NCBI GenBank assembly: GCA_036785375.1 | Contig: JAWMAR010000056.1 | Coordinates: 4,526,001 to 4,590,000 of the forward strand | Reading direction: 5' to 3' | DNA: 64,000 nucleotides | Source of the DNA: Leucoraja ocellata | Taxonomy: Eukaryota | Shown here: positions 24,235 through 37,220 of the stretch, piece after piece | Layout of the letters: each line of letters opens with the position of its first letter | Numbering within the stretch: the stretch's first letter is position 1 | Made by a program: the position numbers and the translations under genes | The notes under the pieces: generated by a model | The model's database searches: none | Seen by the model: the letters and a program-made list of their open reading frames with translations, nothing else | What the model was told of the DNA's origin: nothing

Positions 24235-25302
24235 TGGTGGCTCAGCGGTAGAGTTGCTGCCTTACAGCGAATGCAGTGCCGGAGACCCGGGTTCAATCCC
24301 GACCACGGGTACTGTCTGCACGGAGTTTGTACATTCTCCCCATGACCTGCGTGGGTTTTCTCCGAGATCTTCGGTTTCCTCCCACACACCAAAGACGTAC
24401 AGGTATGTAGGTTATTTGGCTTGGTGTATGTGTAAATTGTCCCTAGGATAGTGTTAATAACCATATAACCATATAACAATTACAGCACGGAAACAGGCCA
24501 TCTCGGCCCTACAAGTCCATGCCGAACAAATTTTTTTCCCCTTAGTCCCACCTGCCTGCACTCGTACCATAACCCTCCATTCCCTTCTCATCCATATGCC
24601 TATCCAATTTATTTTTAAATGATACCAATGAACCTGCCTCCACCACTTCCACTGGGAGCTCATTCCACACCGCCACCACTCTCTGCGTAAAGAAGTTCCC
24701 CCTCATATTACCCCTAAACTTCTGTCCCTTAATTCTGAAGTCATGTCCTCTTGTTTGAATCTTCCCTATTCTCAAAGGGAAAAGCTTGTCCACATCAACT
24801 CTGTCTATCCCTGTCATCATTTTAAAGACCTCTATCAGGTCCCCCCTTAACCTTCTGCGCTCCAGAGAATAAAGACCTAACTTATTCAACCTATCTCTGT
24901 AACTTAGTTGTTGAAACCCAGGCAACATTCTAGTAAATCTCCTCTGTACTCTCTCTATTTTGTTGACATCCTTCCTATAATTTGGCGACCAAAATTGTAC
25001 ACCATACTCCAGATTTGATCTCACCAATGCCTTGTACAATTTTAACATTACATCCCAGCTTCTATACTCAATGCTCTGATTTATAAAGGCTAGCATACCA
25101 AAAGCTTTCTTTACCACCCTATCTATATGAGATTCCACCTTCAAGGAACTATGCACGGTTATACCCAGATCTCTCTGTTCAACTGTATTCTTCAATTCCC
25201 TACCATTTACCATGTAATGTGTGGGGATTGCTGGTCAGCACAGACTCGGTGGGCCGAAGGGCCTGTTTCCACGCTGCATCTCTAAACTAAACTAAACTAA
25301 AA
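24235..25302 (+). mobile_element. V-SINE (HE1-like) split by the CR1 at 24459-25214
   Basis: Head and body at 24235-24458, tail at 25215-25302. Confidence 0.88.
24459..25214 (-). mobile_element. Young 5'-truncated CR1 LINE with an open 223-aa ORF2 C-terminus, inserted in a V-SINE
   Basis: RDLGI..LYKALVRSNLEYGVQFWSP..LERRRLRGDLIEVFK..FFTQRVVAVWNELP, (TTATATGG)n tail, TAAT duplicated at 24455-24458 and 25215-25218. Confidence 0.95.
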
Positions 25303-27004
25303 CTCCCACTTGTCAAACTGTCAATCAGCAGACTGAACCTTCACCAGTCTAGTGCAAGTACAGAGGGCCCATTGAATTGAGCAGGAGGATAAGTTTAGAG
25401 GGATATGGGCCAAACACAGGCAGATGGGACTAGCGTCGATGGGACATTCTGATCGGTGTGGGCATGTTGAACCAAAGGGCTTGTTTCTACGTTTATGACT
25501 ATGACTCTAAATGGGTGCAGGAAGAAAGATACATGTACTATAGTCTTTATTTGATTTAACTGTAATTGTATTGGTTGTTTTTTGTTGATTCTAATTTTTA
25601 TTAATGATCTCAATTTTTTTTTTACATTTTATATTTTTTTTATGGTCCTTCATTGATTTTAAATGTTTGTAGCTTCTAAAGATGTTCACAAACATTCAAT
25701 GGCAGTGACAGTGTTGGCCATCGGTCAGTCTGAGACCTGAGCTCACCAGCTGTTAAAACCGTTTTATCAGCACAGCTCGCTACCTTGAGCTGAGAGATGC
25801 CCAATGGTGTATTTCTCTGCCCTGGAACATGCCTGTGGGCTGTGCTTATTTTCCTGGAGCACAATGGAAGAAACTGCTTGACCCTAGAAACAGACAAGCC
25901 ACTGGTCTGAAGAAGGGTCTCGACCCAAAACTTCACCCATTCCTTCTATCCAGAGATGCTGCCTGTCCCGCTGAGTTACTCCAGCATTTTGTGTCGATCT
26001 TCGATTCCCTCCTCCTTTTCCTGGATTTACATGTTCCCCCATTGCCAGAACACATAGGAGCAGAATTAGGCCATTCAGCCCATCAAATCTACTCTGCCAT
26101 TCAATCATGACTGATCTTTTTTTCCCCCTCAACCCCATTCTCCTGCCTTCTCCCCGTAATCTTTGACACTCTTCCTAATCAGGAACCGCCTTGAAAGTAC
26201 CCAGATATCTTGTCCTCCTCCACACCCATCTGTGGCAACACATTCGACAGATTCACCGCACTCTTGGTACAGGGTATTTATTGATCATCAGTGTATGGAG
26301 AAATCCAGGCCAGTTCTGGGAGTCCGGCAATCCTAAATTTAATGGTTATCTTTGTTTATATTACAGTGGACATTTATTTTGTGTATACCCTGCCGAATAG
26401 GCAAGTTCAGGAAGCACTTACTGACTATTCTGAGATCCCCCCCCCCCCCCCCCCCCCGACAAACTGTAAAGACAAGCAAATCATCCGGTTTATTTCCTTG
26501 AAATAGATTTTTCATGACTTTCTCATGGTCATCTGGTCAGAAGCACATTTTTCACGGCCATTCCATTTGGCTGCAGTCATCTAGAGCAGCGTTTAAAGTT
26601 CTATCATCAAAGTCTAGTCCCCAGAGCTATAGAATGCACAAGGAAAGACACCAAACATGGACCTTCCATCACTTTACATTCTCATTTGGGGACAAGAGTT
26701 GAGGGGTTATAAAATCCACAGTGTTGGTTCATGCATTCATCTGAAGTTCTTAATTTATGTGAAGATTTTAACAGATGGAGTAGTGATTTTACTGAAATAG
26801 TGACATTTCTGTCTTCCTCGACCTTTGCCATTGGTATCTCTTCTTTAAAAGAGGGGAGTGAACTTTATCTTCCAAGAGAGCTCACTTTTAACTGAAATTT
26901 CCAAATTGGGACTGGACCCGTCAAACGTGTCCAGTGTTTTCCTTCTTACTCTCATTCACATCAGAATGGTTACCCGCAGATGGTAGCGAATAGTAATATC
27001 GGAT

Positions 27005-27292
27005 GGGACACAAGGTGCTGGAGTAACTCAGCAGGTCAGGCTGCATTTCTGGTGAATGTGGCTAGGTGACGTTTCAAGTGTGGGATTCTTCTTCAGACTG
27101 AAGAAGGGTCCAACCCGAAACATCACCAATCCATGTTCTCCTGAAATGCTGCCTGACCCACTGACTGAAGCAGGCTCCCTCCTCGAAACGCCACCTCTCC
27201 ATGTTCTCCCTGAAAGTTGCCTGACCCGCTGAGTTACTCCAGCATTTTGTGTCTTTATTTTGGAAAACCTGCATCTGCATTTCCTCGTGTCT
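27005..27292. repeat. Head-to-head plus tandem Penelope-derived repeats
   Basis: A cttcag-a-ctgaag junction at about 27091-27103 is followed by two tandem plus-strand units. Confidence 0.75.
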
Positions 27293-29651
27293 CAAGAAAT
27301 GGAGAGGATTTGGCTGGAACTGAAACCCATTACTTTTGTTTCTCGTTAATCAGTATTGAAACCTGAAGCACAAAATCTTGCAACCATGAGATATATGAAA
27401 TACATGTCATTAATTATATCTCAAGTAACACGGTAGTTTTTGCATCCTTAAGTCAAACACCTGGGTTCAGTATGTTGTTATTTGTTGCTGGGGATCTAAA
27501 GGGGTATTTGTCAGGTATTAAAGAAGTACAAAGAGAATTAGGGCAGAAATGAAGGCACCACTAAGCAGGCAAACGTCCTCATATTAGGGACAATTAGTTC
27601 AGCTCCAGTGAGAAAGAGTAAATTATATGTGTTTCACCAGTAAGCCTGTTAATATAAGGAAACTGAAAGATATCATTGGGTTTCTCTTTATTTGATGAAT
27701 TATTTTAACACACCCACACACACACACACACACACAAGATGTGGCTATCAGGGCAAATGGAACCAAACAAAGTGCCAGAACAACACACAATTAAATTTAG
27801 TTGACTATGGTTCAGGAGACATATTCTGGGGAAAGATAGCAAAAGAGAACGAATGGCACTAGCAGATTACATGGAGTTTCACACAACAATCCAATGATAG
27901 TCTAACAGTGCAGAACCAGCCCCTTAAGCCCAGCTTGCCCAGGCTGACCAACATGTCCTACCTTCACTCAGCTACCTGCCTGTGTTTGACCCATATCCCT
28001 CTAAAACGATAACTATCTAAATGTTTCATAAATGTTGCGATAGGACCTGCCTCAACTCCCTCCTCCAGAAGCTTGTTCCAAACACCCACCACCCTTCATG
28101 TGAAAAAGTTACCCCTCGAGTTCCTATTCAATCTTTCCCCCCTCACCTTAAACCTATGTCCCCTGGTTCTCAATTCCCTTACTCTGGTCAAGAGACTCTG
28201 TATGGTTTACCTGATCTATTACTCTCATGATTTTGTACAATTAAAAAAAAAAAAAAGTTTGTTTCACTACTTAAAGTTAAATTTTTCAAATGCTGTCACA
28301 TTTATGTTTAAACATGTCTCCGGATCAACAATTCAACCTCCAAGTATGGGTCATAAAATGTAACCACAGTGCTAACGCACCCTCGTTTGACATCAATCCT
28401 CTTAGCTTGCCAGCTTTGTTCTTTTGGCAACCTTCTTGCCTTGGTCCTTGATTGTACACAGTCAAGGATAAAATTGAGTTGACATCCTGAAGGTGTGCCA
28501 CATGAAAAGATTTTGGGTTGAAGACTTACTTCTCACCATATGAAGCCTGTGAAAACCAGACTTCCCCCCCAGGCTAGGTGTGGATTAACCCTTCATTTAT
28601 TTTGTTCCTCTTCTTGGGCTTTGTGGTGTAATTTATTACTTCACTGGTGGGCAATAAGGGGCCTTGCAGTCTATTTTGTAGTCTGGCCCTCCTTAGTGAC
28701 ACCAACCTGGCTGACCTCTCTGTGTTTTACCATGACTTTCTGCGAGTTACAAGACATATTTGAACAGATAGTCATCAAAAATTGAAAACAAATGCTCTGA
28801 AAATAGACCCTTGCCATTGTTGCAGTGGAGAAGCTGGGAATAGCTTTGGATAAATTCATGACCAAACGCAGGCACGGGCGGGGGTCAGAAATTTTAATGA
28901 TCTCATCCAAACAACTTCTAAAGCTCGACAACTGCCTTTAGTGCCCTCGATCGGGAAAGGGGGATAATTAACCCAGGTTCCTCTTCCTGATTGATATCCT
29001 GCAGCTCTTGCTGGAAAGGGGGATTATGTGGCCATCAATTAAGGATAGAATTGGCTTGGCAATGTGGCCCATTATCAACGGGTGCTCATAAAAACCTCCA
29101 GCTTCACACCTCTACTAAGTAAGCCTAAGAGCAGTTCAAAAAGTATCAAAGAGTATGTTTGAACGTTGTTTTCCTTGGATAATGTTAGATGATGAGTTGG
29201 AACATGTGACAATTGAAATAAAGTCGGAATAAATACTGCTTTTTAGAGTTTAGCAAAAAATAAATATCAATGGAGCAGGAAGGTGTTATTACAGTTGATA
29301 ATCTGGTTTGGAACTGCCGATAGACCAAGCAAACAAACAACTCCCAGTGTTAAATCATTCGGCTCACTGAACTGCTGTTACCTGTCAAATACATCAGCTT
29401 TCCGTGCTTCTGGGGAACAAGGAAGGGAGAGTGGAAGGGCGGAAATAATCAACTGGTTTGCAATGGTGAACCTTTGCCTAATGTAAAATACATCGAGAGG
29501 CTTTAACCATACAAACATTGTCCTCTGCTGTAAGATTTTTCGAGTTTTATTCGAACATAATATCATGGTACTCAACCATTTCTGTAGCCTCGTACCCAGC
29601 CAGGCCTTGTATAGGAACATGAATTAAGGGTGTATCACTGATTGTATGCTG

Positions 29652-30765
29652 CATTGTCACCTTCCCCTCAGCTAACAATGAACCATTCTACATTTCCTTA
29701 TCACCATCCGCTTTGATCTGTTGTTTTCACACCTTACCCTTCTATAAGGGTAAAAAGGGGGCGCTGTCTTGTGCGCGGCTGCCCTGCCAGCAGTTGTCTG
29801 TCTTTTCACCGTTTTATTTTTATTTTTAGTTAGTTAAAGTGTTTTGTTTGGAGGTCTAGACTTTTTTGTGTGTGGGGGGGGGGGGAAGGGGGAAATTGCC
29901 TTTCAGGGTCCCTACCTGGTCGGAGAGGCAGCTTTTCTCCGGGCTGCAGCTTCGACCCGTCCTCGCGGCCTACCAGCGGGCCTGGAGCGGCGTTTCCTGT
30001 CGCGGACCGCCAGAACCTCGGCTTCGGCGGCGGCACAGCGCTGGAGCGCTATCGTGGAGCGGGCGATGCCTTGCCTGGGTCGCCGCGCTGGAGCTGAGAC
30101 CGCCGGGTAAAACATCGCGGAGCTGCGGGACTGTCGAGCGGCCAGCTGCGGGCGGCGGCGCTGAGCTTTACACCGGGAGCCTGGGATCTCGCGACGAGAT
30201 CGCCAGTTGTGGAGCTCCATCCGGCGTGGCCTTGTCGGCTTCGGAAGCCGCGGCCTCCAGTATGGAGACGGCCGTTCCAGGGTTCCCTTGCCGCTGTGAG
30301 GACTTTCCCGACTCCGGGGCACCACCACCCGGCGAGAACGGTCAGGAACATCGGGCCTCCGTAGAGACAACTGTGGAGGCCTCAATAGGCCCGACTATGG
30401 GTGAACTGGGGTTGGGGACTGGACTTTGTGCCTTCCCTCATGGTGGGAACCATTGTGGGGGGATGTTCTTTGTGTTTAAGACTCTCATTGGTGTTATGCC
30501 TGTATTCTTTTGTGTACTGCAAAATGGCAAAAAGCATTTCACTTCATTACACCTCGGTGTATGTGAATGTGACTAATAAAAACCTTTGAATACTTTGAAT
30601 ATACCTCTATGTCTCCCTCTCCCCTGACTCTGTCTGAAGAAGGGTCTCGACCCAAAACGTCACCCATTCCTTCTCTCCAGAGATACTGCCTGGCCCACTG
30701 AGTTACTCCAGCGTTTTGTGTCTGTTGTTGGTCTAATCTAGCATCTGCAGTTCCTTCCTACACAT
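29652..30765 (+). mobile_element. Penelope-like 3' UTR/terminal repeat split by a GC-rich insertion (about 29746-30600)
   Basis: 29652-29745 and 30601-30765 together match the reverse complement of 42716-42965. Hammerhead-like core at 30634-30661. Confidence 0.75.
29746..30600 (+). mobile_element. GC/CpG-rich non-autonomous retroelement with a Rex1/Babar-type tail
   Basis: It interrupts a Penelope fragment. Layout: short GC head, T-rich tract, G-run, CpG-rich body, then catttcac..gtgactaataaa plus a (ctttgaa)-type tail. Confidence 0.7.
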
Positions 30766-31604
30766 ACCAAACATTCTTTTGTTGAGCAATTGGGCACACT
30801 CACACAGTTTTCATGCAACATTTGCATTTAAAGGATGTTCAATTGCACCAGCTATTATTTAAAAAAAATCAATTTGCAATCATTAGAAAATTGACCCAGG
30901 AATTTCCAAATGAAAGTCACTTCCGCATGTCTGATATCAGCGGGTATCATTCAATGTGCAATAGCTATTTCCACATTTACCAGGGGAAATTATATATTAT
31001 TGGTGTGTTCTGTGATTTTTAATTCATAGTCAAACAAGAAATAAACACCATAGAGGCATCAGTTAAATAGCCCCCCATTCCAATGAAGTATTATTTCCTG
31101 AATCTTTCTGTTTCAGGTTTTTTAAGACTCATCCTTTATGATACCACATTACTGGGTCTTCCATTGCTTATTTGTTAAATTTGTTTGAATTCACAGTAGA
31201 GGTCAATGCTGTGCTACCTACCAGAGCGAGGAGTCCATGTTATGGCATGAGGCATCTCATGGCGATACGATCAGGCTAGTGTACATACTTGTGGGGCTGG
31301 GGATTGGCCAGGCATGTAATGACTCGGGTCCCCCATGCCTAACCTTGCCTCTAATGGCAGCCTTTTCTGTAGTTACTGCATAATCACCATGGTGGGAGCA
31401 CTTTACAATACAGTACTGTCCAGCCTACTGTTTCATGGCAATGATGTAGCCACTGCCATCTTTTCAGGCTGCTGGCTTTTGAAACTGAAGATAAAATGTA
31501 ACTGATGTAACCGCACAAATCAGTGTGAAAACAACCCTATTCGTTTAGCTGTTTTATCACTAATTGCCTATTGCTTTTGTGAATCACCGAATTGAATGCT
31601 TATA

Positions 31605-31895
31605 GGGCGGCGCAGTGGTAGAGTTGCTACCTTACAGCGGCAGAGACACGGGTTCAATCCTGACCACGGGTGCTGTCTGTACGGAGTTTGTACGTTCTCC
31701 CCCGTGACCTGCGTGTGTTTTCTCCGCGATCAGCGGTTTCCTCCCACACTCCAAAGACGTACAGGTTTGGACGTTAATTGGCTTGGTAAAATTTTAAATT
31801 GTCCCTAGTGTGTAGGATAGTTTTAGTGTACGGGGATCGCTGGTCGGCGCGGACTTAGTTGGGCCTGTTTCCGTACTGTATCTCTGAAACTAAAA
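31605..31895 (+). mobile_element. V-SINE (HE1-like)
   Basis: Near full length. Further + copies at about 36657-37325 (split), 39993-40290, 46033-46457 (split), 48248-48490, 49895-51063 (split), 55110-55514 (split) and 58295-58615. Confidence 0.88.
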
Positions 31896-32995
31896 TTAAA
31901 AAAAAACTCAAGCTCTATAGGTTGTGCATGTTAGATCACCAACAAAGAATGAAGTCCAGGTTTTTGCACACCTTGGGTATGCAAAATAAAGAATCTCACT
32001 GTTACATGCCATATGTGATCATAAAATATCAACCATTTTAAGCTTCGTATTTTCAGACCCTGTGCATTCACTATGCATGAGTTCTTGATTCTGTTACGTT
32101 TCAAGGACCCCCTAAGACCACTCACTTTCAGTGTTTCAATCGCCCAGCAGTGACGTGTGATGTGAAATCTACTTAAGGGCATACTTTTGATGACTGTAAT
32201 TAATTTAGTGTAATATGAGCCGCCTTGTATTGTCTGCCGTTCAAGCAGCAATTGCGAGTGAATAGCCTGAAATTAAATTAGCTTGGTGCAGTGGATGTAA
32301 AGTACACACATTTCCTCCCACTGTTGGCAGCAGATGTCAATTTTTACTCGAGATCAAACAGGTTAAAAAGTCCAGTGGATGTGCTAATTTTCACAATAAC
32401 AGCAGGGATCTGTCTTGTTAGCCTTTTAAAAGGAACAGGCTTGATTGACCAGTGCTGTTTTCACACAAGAAATTAAACTTTGTAAAGGTCAAGCGGAAGC
32501 CTGGTCCTTCTAGACAATAAGTGCAGCCTGACCTATCATCGTCCCTGCCCCATATGTTAACAATGAACACAAACCAATGCATTAAAGTTGTACTTGATCT
32601 CCAGAGTTAAACAAAACTTTTATTCATTTGCACATCAACCCTCACCGTACTTCCTGCAGAGAACTTCCTCCGCCTTCAAAGTTACATTTCGTCCTATATC
32701 TCTGTGTAATCCAGCAGTAAAGTAACATGCAATTGAAATTAGCGATCAGGCGATGGGCATCTCGTAGTTTAAATAAAAACAGTAGGTGCTGCAAACTCTC
32801 AGTGGGATGGACAGTGTCGATGGAAAGAGAAACAGATTTAACGTTATGGGTTGCAACCCCGTCATCAAAACTGATTTTCATCTCGGTATTTCATGTTATC
32901 TAAAATGCACGTACGCAAATAGTTGAAGCTGGAAGTGGAGATAATAAGCACAAAGACAGACTCAGTAAATGGAGACTGGTTTATGTTTAGTCCTG

Positions 32996-33195
32996 TGCAG
33001 ATGCAGGTTTAAACCAAAGATAGACACAAAAAGCTGGAGTAACTCAGCAGGTCAAGCAGCAACTCTGGAGAAAAGGAATGAATAGGTGACATTTCGAGTC
33101 TGAAGAAGGGTCTCGACCCGAAACTTCACCTATTCCTTTTCTCCAGAGATGCTGTCTGACCCGCTGAGTTATTCCAGTTTTTTTGTGTCTATCTT
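32996..33195. repeat. Foldback pair of Penelope-derived repeats around a hammerhead core (about 33098-33130)
   Basis: Inverted arms of about 80 bp (aagatagacacaaaaagctggagtaactcagc... / ...gctgagttattccagtttttttgtgtctatctt) flank ctgaagaagggtctcgacccgaaac. Confidence 0.8.
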
Positions 33196-33299
33196 ATGTT
33201 TTGTCCTACTCATTTAAATTCTGTTTTAGTTTTGTGCCAAATAAAATAATAGTCAACTCCCTGACATAAAATAGTAACCGTGACTAATGTTGTTTATTG

Positions 33300-34092
33300 T
33301 GTATTGTTGTTGTTTGTCCTTCGTCGTCGAAGAAGACTTCAGTGTTTCTGTTTGTGGGTCCAGAGGTAACTGGTGAGACCGATTCGGGCCTGGAAGGCTC
33401 GCCCGCGTATGGGACACAGTTGGGTGGGTGCTGCAGTAGAAGTTGAAGTGGCTCGAACCTTGAGCGCGGCACGTCTCCTCTGAGCTTCTGTGTAGCGCTT
33501 CTTCTCAGCTGCACGCGCTCCTGTGGTGATCTTACTTGGCCCAGTTGGGCGGTACGGGTCCTGAAGTCATGACTTGTGCTTGACTTGGATTAAAGTGAGG
33601 TTAAAGTGGATTAAAGTTGTGCAAATTGTCAGCCTCACTCTCTTGTCCAGGCCTAATCAGGATCCAGTGGCAAGACATCGTCAAGGGCTGGCGTTAGGTC
33701 AGGATGCAGTGGAAGGCCACCAGTGGTCTACGTGAACATTGTGCCCTAATTGCGCTCCACGACGCTTCGCTAGGTCCACCTTCCTACCCGTTGGACCGCC
33801 AAATGGTGGTCTCCTCCGCATAGTCCGCCGGATCCAGTCTTCACCTTTCCTGAATAAGGTAATAGCCACAAGGCAGTGGAGGTTTGCATTTGGTGTTTTC
33901 CATCACCCCTCCAGGGTGCCGTATGGAGGACACCTGCGCATTACTTTGTTTAACGTGGCCAGACTGGTGCACAGACAGCTACCCCGTGGTCCTTGACAGA
34001 TCTGGGTCAGGATCCAGTGGCATGGAGTCCAAGACGACCGGAGACCCTTTTCTGCTGCAGCCTTTATCTGCCTTCCTAGCCGTTGTGATGCT
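33300..34092 (-). mobile_element. Internally deleted RTE-clade retrotransposon (5' UTR joined to ORF C-terminus and (CAA)n tail)
   Basis: The minus strand encodes ..SKITTGARAAEKKRYTEAQRRR..LCPIRGRAFQARIGLTSYLWTH* (decayed RTE C-terminal C2H2 motif), then tail cttcgacgacgaaggacaaacaacaacaa. About 500 bp of upstream non-coding sequence carries RTE 5'-UTR-like motifs (ccactggatcctga, gagagtgaggctga). Confidence 0.75.
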
Positions 34093-35115
34093 CCATGTGG
34101 AGCCTTATTAAAGGCCTTACTGAAGTCCACTCAGGCAATGGCTATGACTTTGCCCTGTCAAACCTCTTGGTTACTTCTTTAAAAAACTCAATCAAATTTG
34201 TGAGACACGACTGCCCCCGTACACAGCCATGTTGACCATCCCGAATCACCCTCTGCCTACCAAAATGCTTAAACATCTTATCGCTCAGTATCCTCTCCAG
34301 TAACTTGCCTATCACAGATGTTAGGCTCACGGGTCAAAGGTTGCCAGGCTTCTCCTTGTAGATAGATCTCTGAATGTGGAATTGGAGGTAGACTCAGGGT
34401 GGTGGAGCAAGTGTTGGCATGTTGGCCTCCATCAGTCAATTACCTAATTGAATAAAAGAGTTGCAACGTTATGGTGCAGTTGGACAAGATGTTGGCAAGG
34501 CCTCACTTGAAGTATTGTGTTTAGCTTTGGTTGCCGTGCTATAGGCAAGACAATGTTGATCTGGAAAGAGTACAAAGCCGATTTATGAGATTGTCACCAG
34601 GCCTTGAGGATCTCAGCTATAGGGAGAGGTTGGACTTTATGATCAGCCATGATCATATTGAATGGCGGTGCAGGCTCGAAGGGCCGAATGGCCTACTCCT
34701 GCACCTAATTTCTATGTTTCTATGTTTATTCCTTGAAATGTAGGAGATTGAGGAGTGACCTTGTAGATGTATATAAAACAATAAGGAGCACAGATATTGT
34801 GAATGCTCATGATATTTGTCCCCAGGGAATGGAAGTTAATTAAAAAAGTGAGGACATATTTAAAGAGGGAGAGGAAGGAGACATGAAGAGCATCTTTTTT
34901 GCACAGACGGTGGTGGGTATATGGAATGAACTTGCAGCGAATGTGGTTAAGGCAGGTACAATAGCAACATTTTAAAGACATATGGAGAGATATATGGATA
35001 GGGAAGTTTTAAAGGGATGTGGGCTAAACATAGCTAAATGGATCTAGCATTGATGATAATCTTGGTCGGAATTGGACGAGTTGTCTCCTTGCTGTATCAC
35101 TATTTGACTATGATT
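34093..35115. mobile_element. CR1 fragments in inverted arrangement (RT-proximal part on -, 3' end on +)
   Basis: Minus 34093-34365 reads SLTSVIGKLLE..QHG..SCLTNL..DFSKAFNKAPHG. Plus 34370-35115 reads LERVQSRFMR.. and carries a CR1 tail. Confidence 0.8.
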
Positions 35116-36837
35116 GTAAAGCCTGGCAGATCTGAGGAGTCAGGTTTCAAGTCATGAATTGGGAGGTCTCTACTGTTGAATGTGATGTTTGACTTCCAGT
35201 TCTGTGGATGCCCACTTGAAAACTGAGCCAAGCGCCCAGCTCCTGATGCTGTTCAATGATTTAGCCCCAGGATTGTTTGTGGGCTCAGACTGGTGACACA
35301 TTTGGATATCACGTCTCCAGTAGTACTACATACCTCCTTGATTCAGGGACAGATTGTTCCCCGCTGTTATCAGGCAACTGAACCTTCCTATCACCAACTA
35401 GAGAGCCCTCCGGACCTGCCATCTACCTCATTGGAGACCCTTGCACTATATTTAATCGGACTTTATTGGACTTCATCTTGCGCTAAACATTATTCCCTTT
35501 ATCCTGTATCTGTACACTGTGGACGGCTCGATTGTAATCATATATCATCACGCGACACAAAGCTCTTTGCTGTACCTCGGTACACATGACAATAAACCAA
35601 ATTAAACTAAACTAATTCACAAAGAATGAAGATTTAGGCAATCCTGGTGTAACGATATTGGCACCTTTCAGCTCTGCCAGAACTGAGAGAATCGCGCATG
35701 TGAAGCTGTATACATGTTCATATTATTAAGAGTGCAAATATGAATAAAAATGATAGGTAAAAAGTGCTCACTTCAGCAAAGAAAGGCCCCTTGCTAATTC
35801 CAAATGCTCAGGAGCTGTGTAACTTCAAAGATTAAGTGCAGCGGCACCAGAATACTTTGCATTCAGTTGATTAACTAGACTTCCCAACCTATCGCATCTG
35901 TCTTGGCACAGGCGGGTTTGGTTGCTGTGAGCAGATTGATGTCATTAGGTGTAACTGGCTCTGCCTCTGCGAGCTGAATCTTAGTCCGTGTTCAGCCTCA
36001 GCCTCAGCCTCATCCTGGGAACCACTAACGCCAGCATCACTCTCCAGAGGTCTTCCTGTAACTCCTACACCTCTCCTTTGCCCTTTAGGTAAAGTCCCAC
36101 ATGCAGAGTGCAGAAAGGACTTTGCCACGGTAAAAGTCGTATGATCAGGAATGTTATGATTTTTTTTAATGCAAGCTTTCTGTTATTCTGGAAACCAAAT
36201 CATTTACTCTTCTCAAAGAAAAGCGTCTTGGGAGAAGTATTTATGTAAAAAATAAATAAAGGGTTGGTTGTATTTTCTCATGTTTACTTTGTTTTTATCA
36301 CCCCCGCCTCGCAACAACTGCATTGGCTCAAAGGCATGACGTTAACATTATTTGAAATGTTAAACCTATATATTTAACACCACACGTTTTCCTAATTTCT
36401 AAGTCGATTTGCAGTCCCCTAGTTGGACGTCACCCATTGCAATTATTTTCCGTGCTGGCATTAGTGGTTCCCAGGATGAGGAATACCTTATCCAGAATCG
36501 TGCAGTGCAGAAACAGGCCCTTCGGCCCAACCTGTAAATGCTCGGGATCCTGTAAGTGCTCAAAGGGCGGACCTCGGGTGGTGATCAGCCCTATCACTGC
36601 TCTTCAGAAGCTGAAACAACAAGGTAGTCATAAAGCCACACAGCCCGGAAACAATGGGGCACAGTGGCGCAGTAGTAGAGTTGCTGTCTTGCATCCATTC
36701 CATTCGATCCATTCCAGGGCCGCTGTCTGTAGAGTTTGTATGTTCTCACCGTGACCTGCGTGCGTTTTCTCCCTGTGGTTTGGTTTCCCCCCACACTTCA
36801 AAAACATGCGGGTTTGCAATTTGATTGGCTTCTGTTA

Positions 36838-37220
36838 GATTCAGATTCAGATTCAGATTCAATTTTAATTGTCATTGTCAGTGTACAGTACAGAGACAGC
36901 GAAATGCATTTAGCATCTCCCTGGAAGAGCGACATAGCAAACGATTTGAATAAATAATCATAAGTGTCCGGGGGGGGGGGGGGGGGGTGGTGATTGGCAG
37001 TCACCGAGGTACGTTGTTGAGTAGAGTGACAGCCGCCGGAAAGAAGCTGTTCCTCGACCTGCTGGTTCGGCAACGGAGAGACCTGTAGCGCCTCCCGGAT
37101 GGTAGGAGGGTAAACAGTCCATGGTTGGGGTGAGAGCAGTCCTTGGCGATGCTGAGCGCCCTCCGCAGACAGCGCTTGCTTTGGACAGACTCAATATGGA
37201 GGGGAGCGAGGAACCGGTGA
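36838..37220 (-). mobile_element. Young Rex1/Babar-type LINE 3' fragment inserted in a V-SINE
   Basis: The minus strand encodes ..SIAKDCSHPNHGLFTLLPSGRRYRSLRCRTSRSRNSFFPAAVTLLN.., with a (TCTGAA)n tail and TGTTA duplicated at 36833-36837 and 37221-37225. Confidence 0.85.

Noticed and set aside
29900-30400. CpG-island-like regions as host promoters (also 50200-50600 and 63600-64000)
   Set aside because: Each lies in an insertion that interrupts another repeat.
29866-30576. 236-aa ORF and overlapping ORFs on both strands (also 49914-50704 and 63682-63957)
   Set aside because: These are stop-poor GC-rich repeat sequences with low-complexity translations and no recognisable domain.
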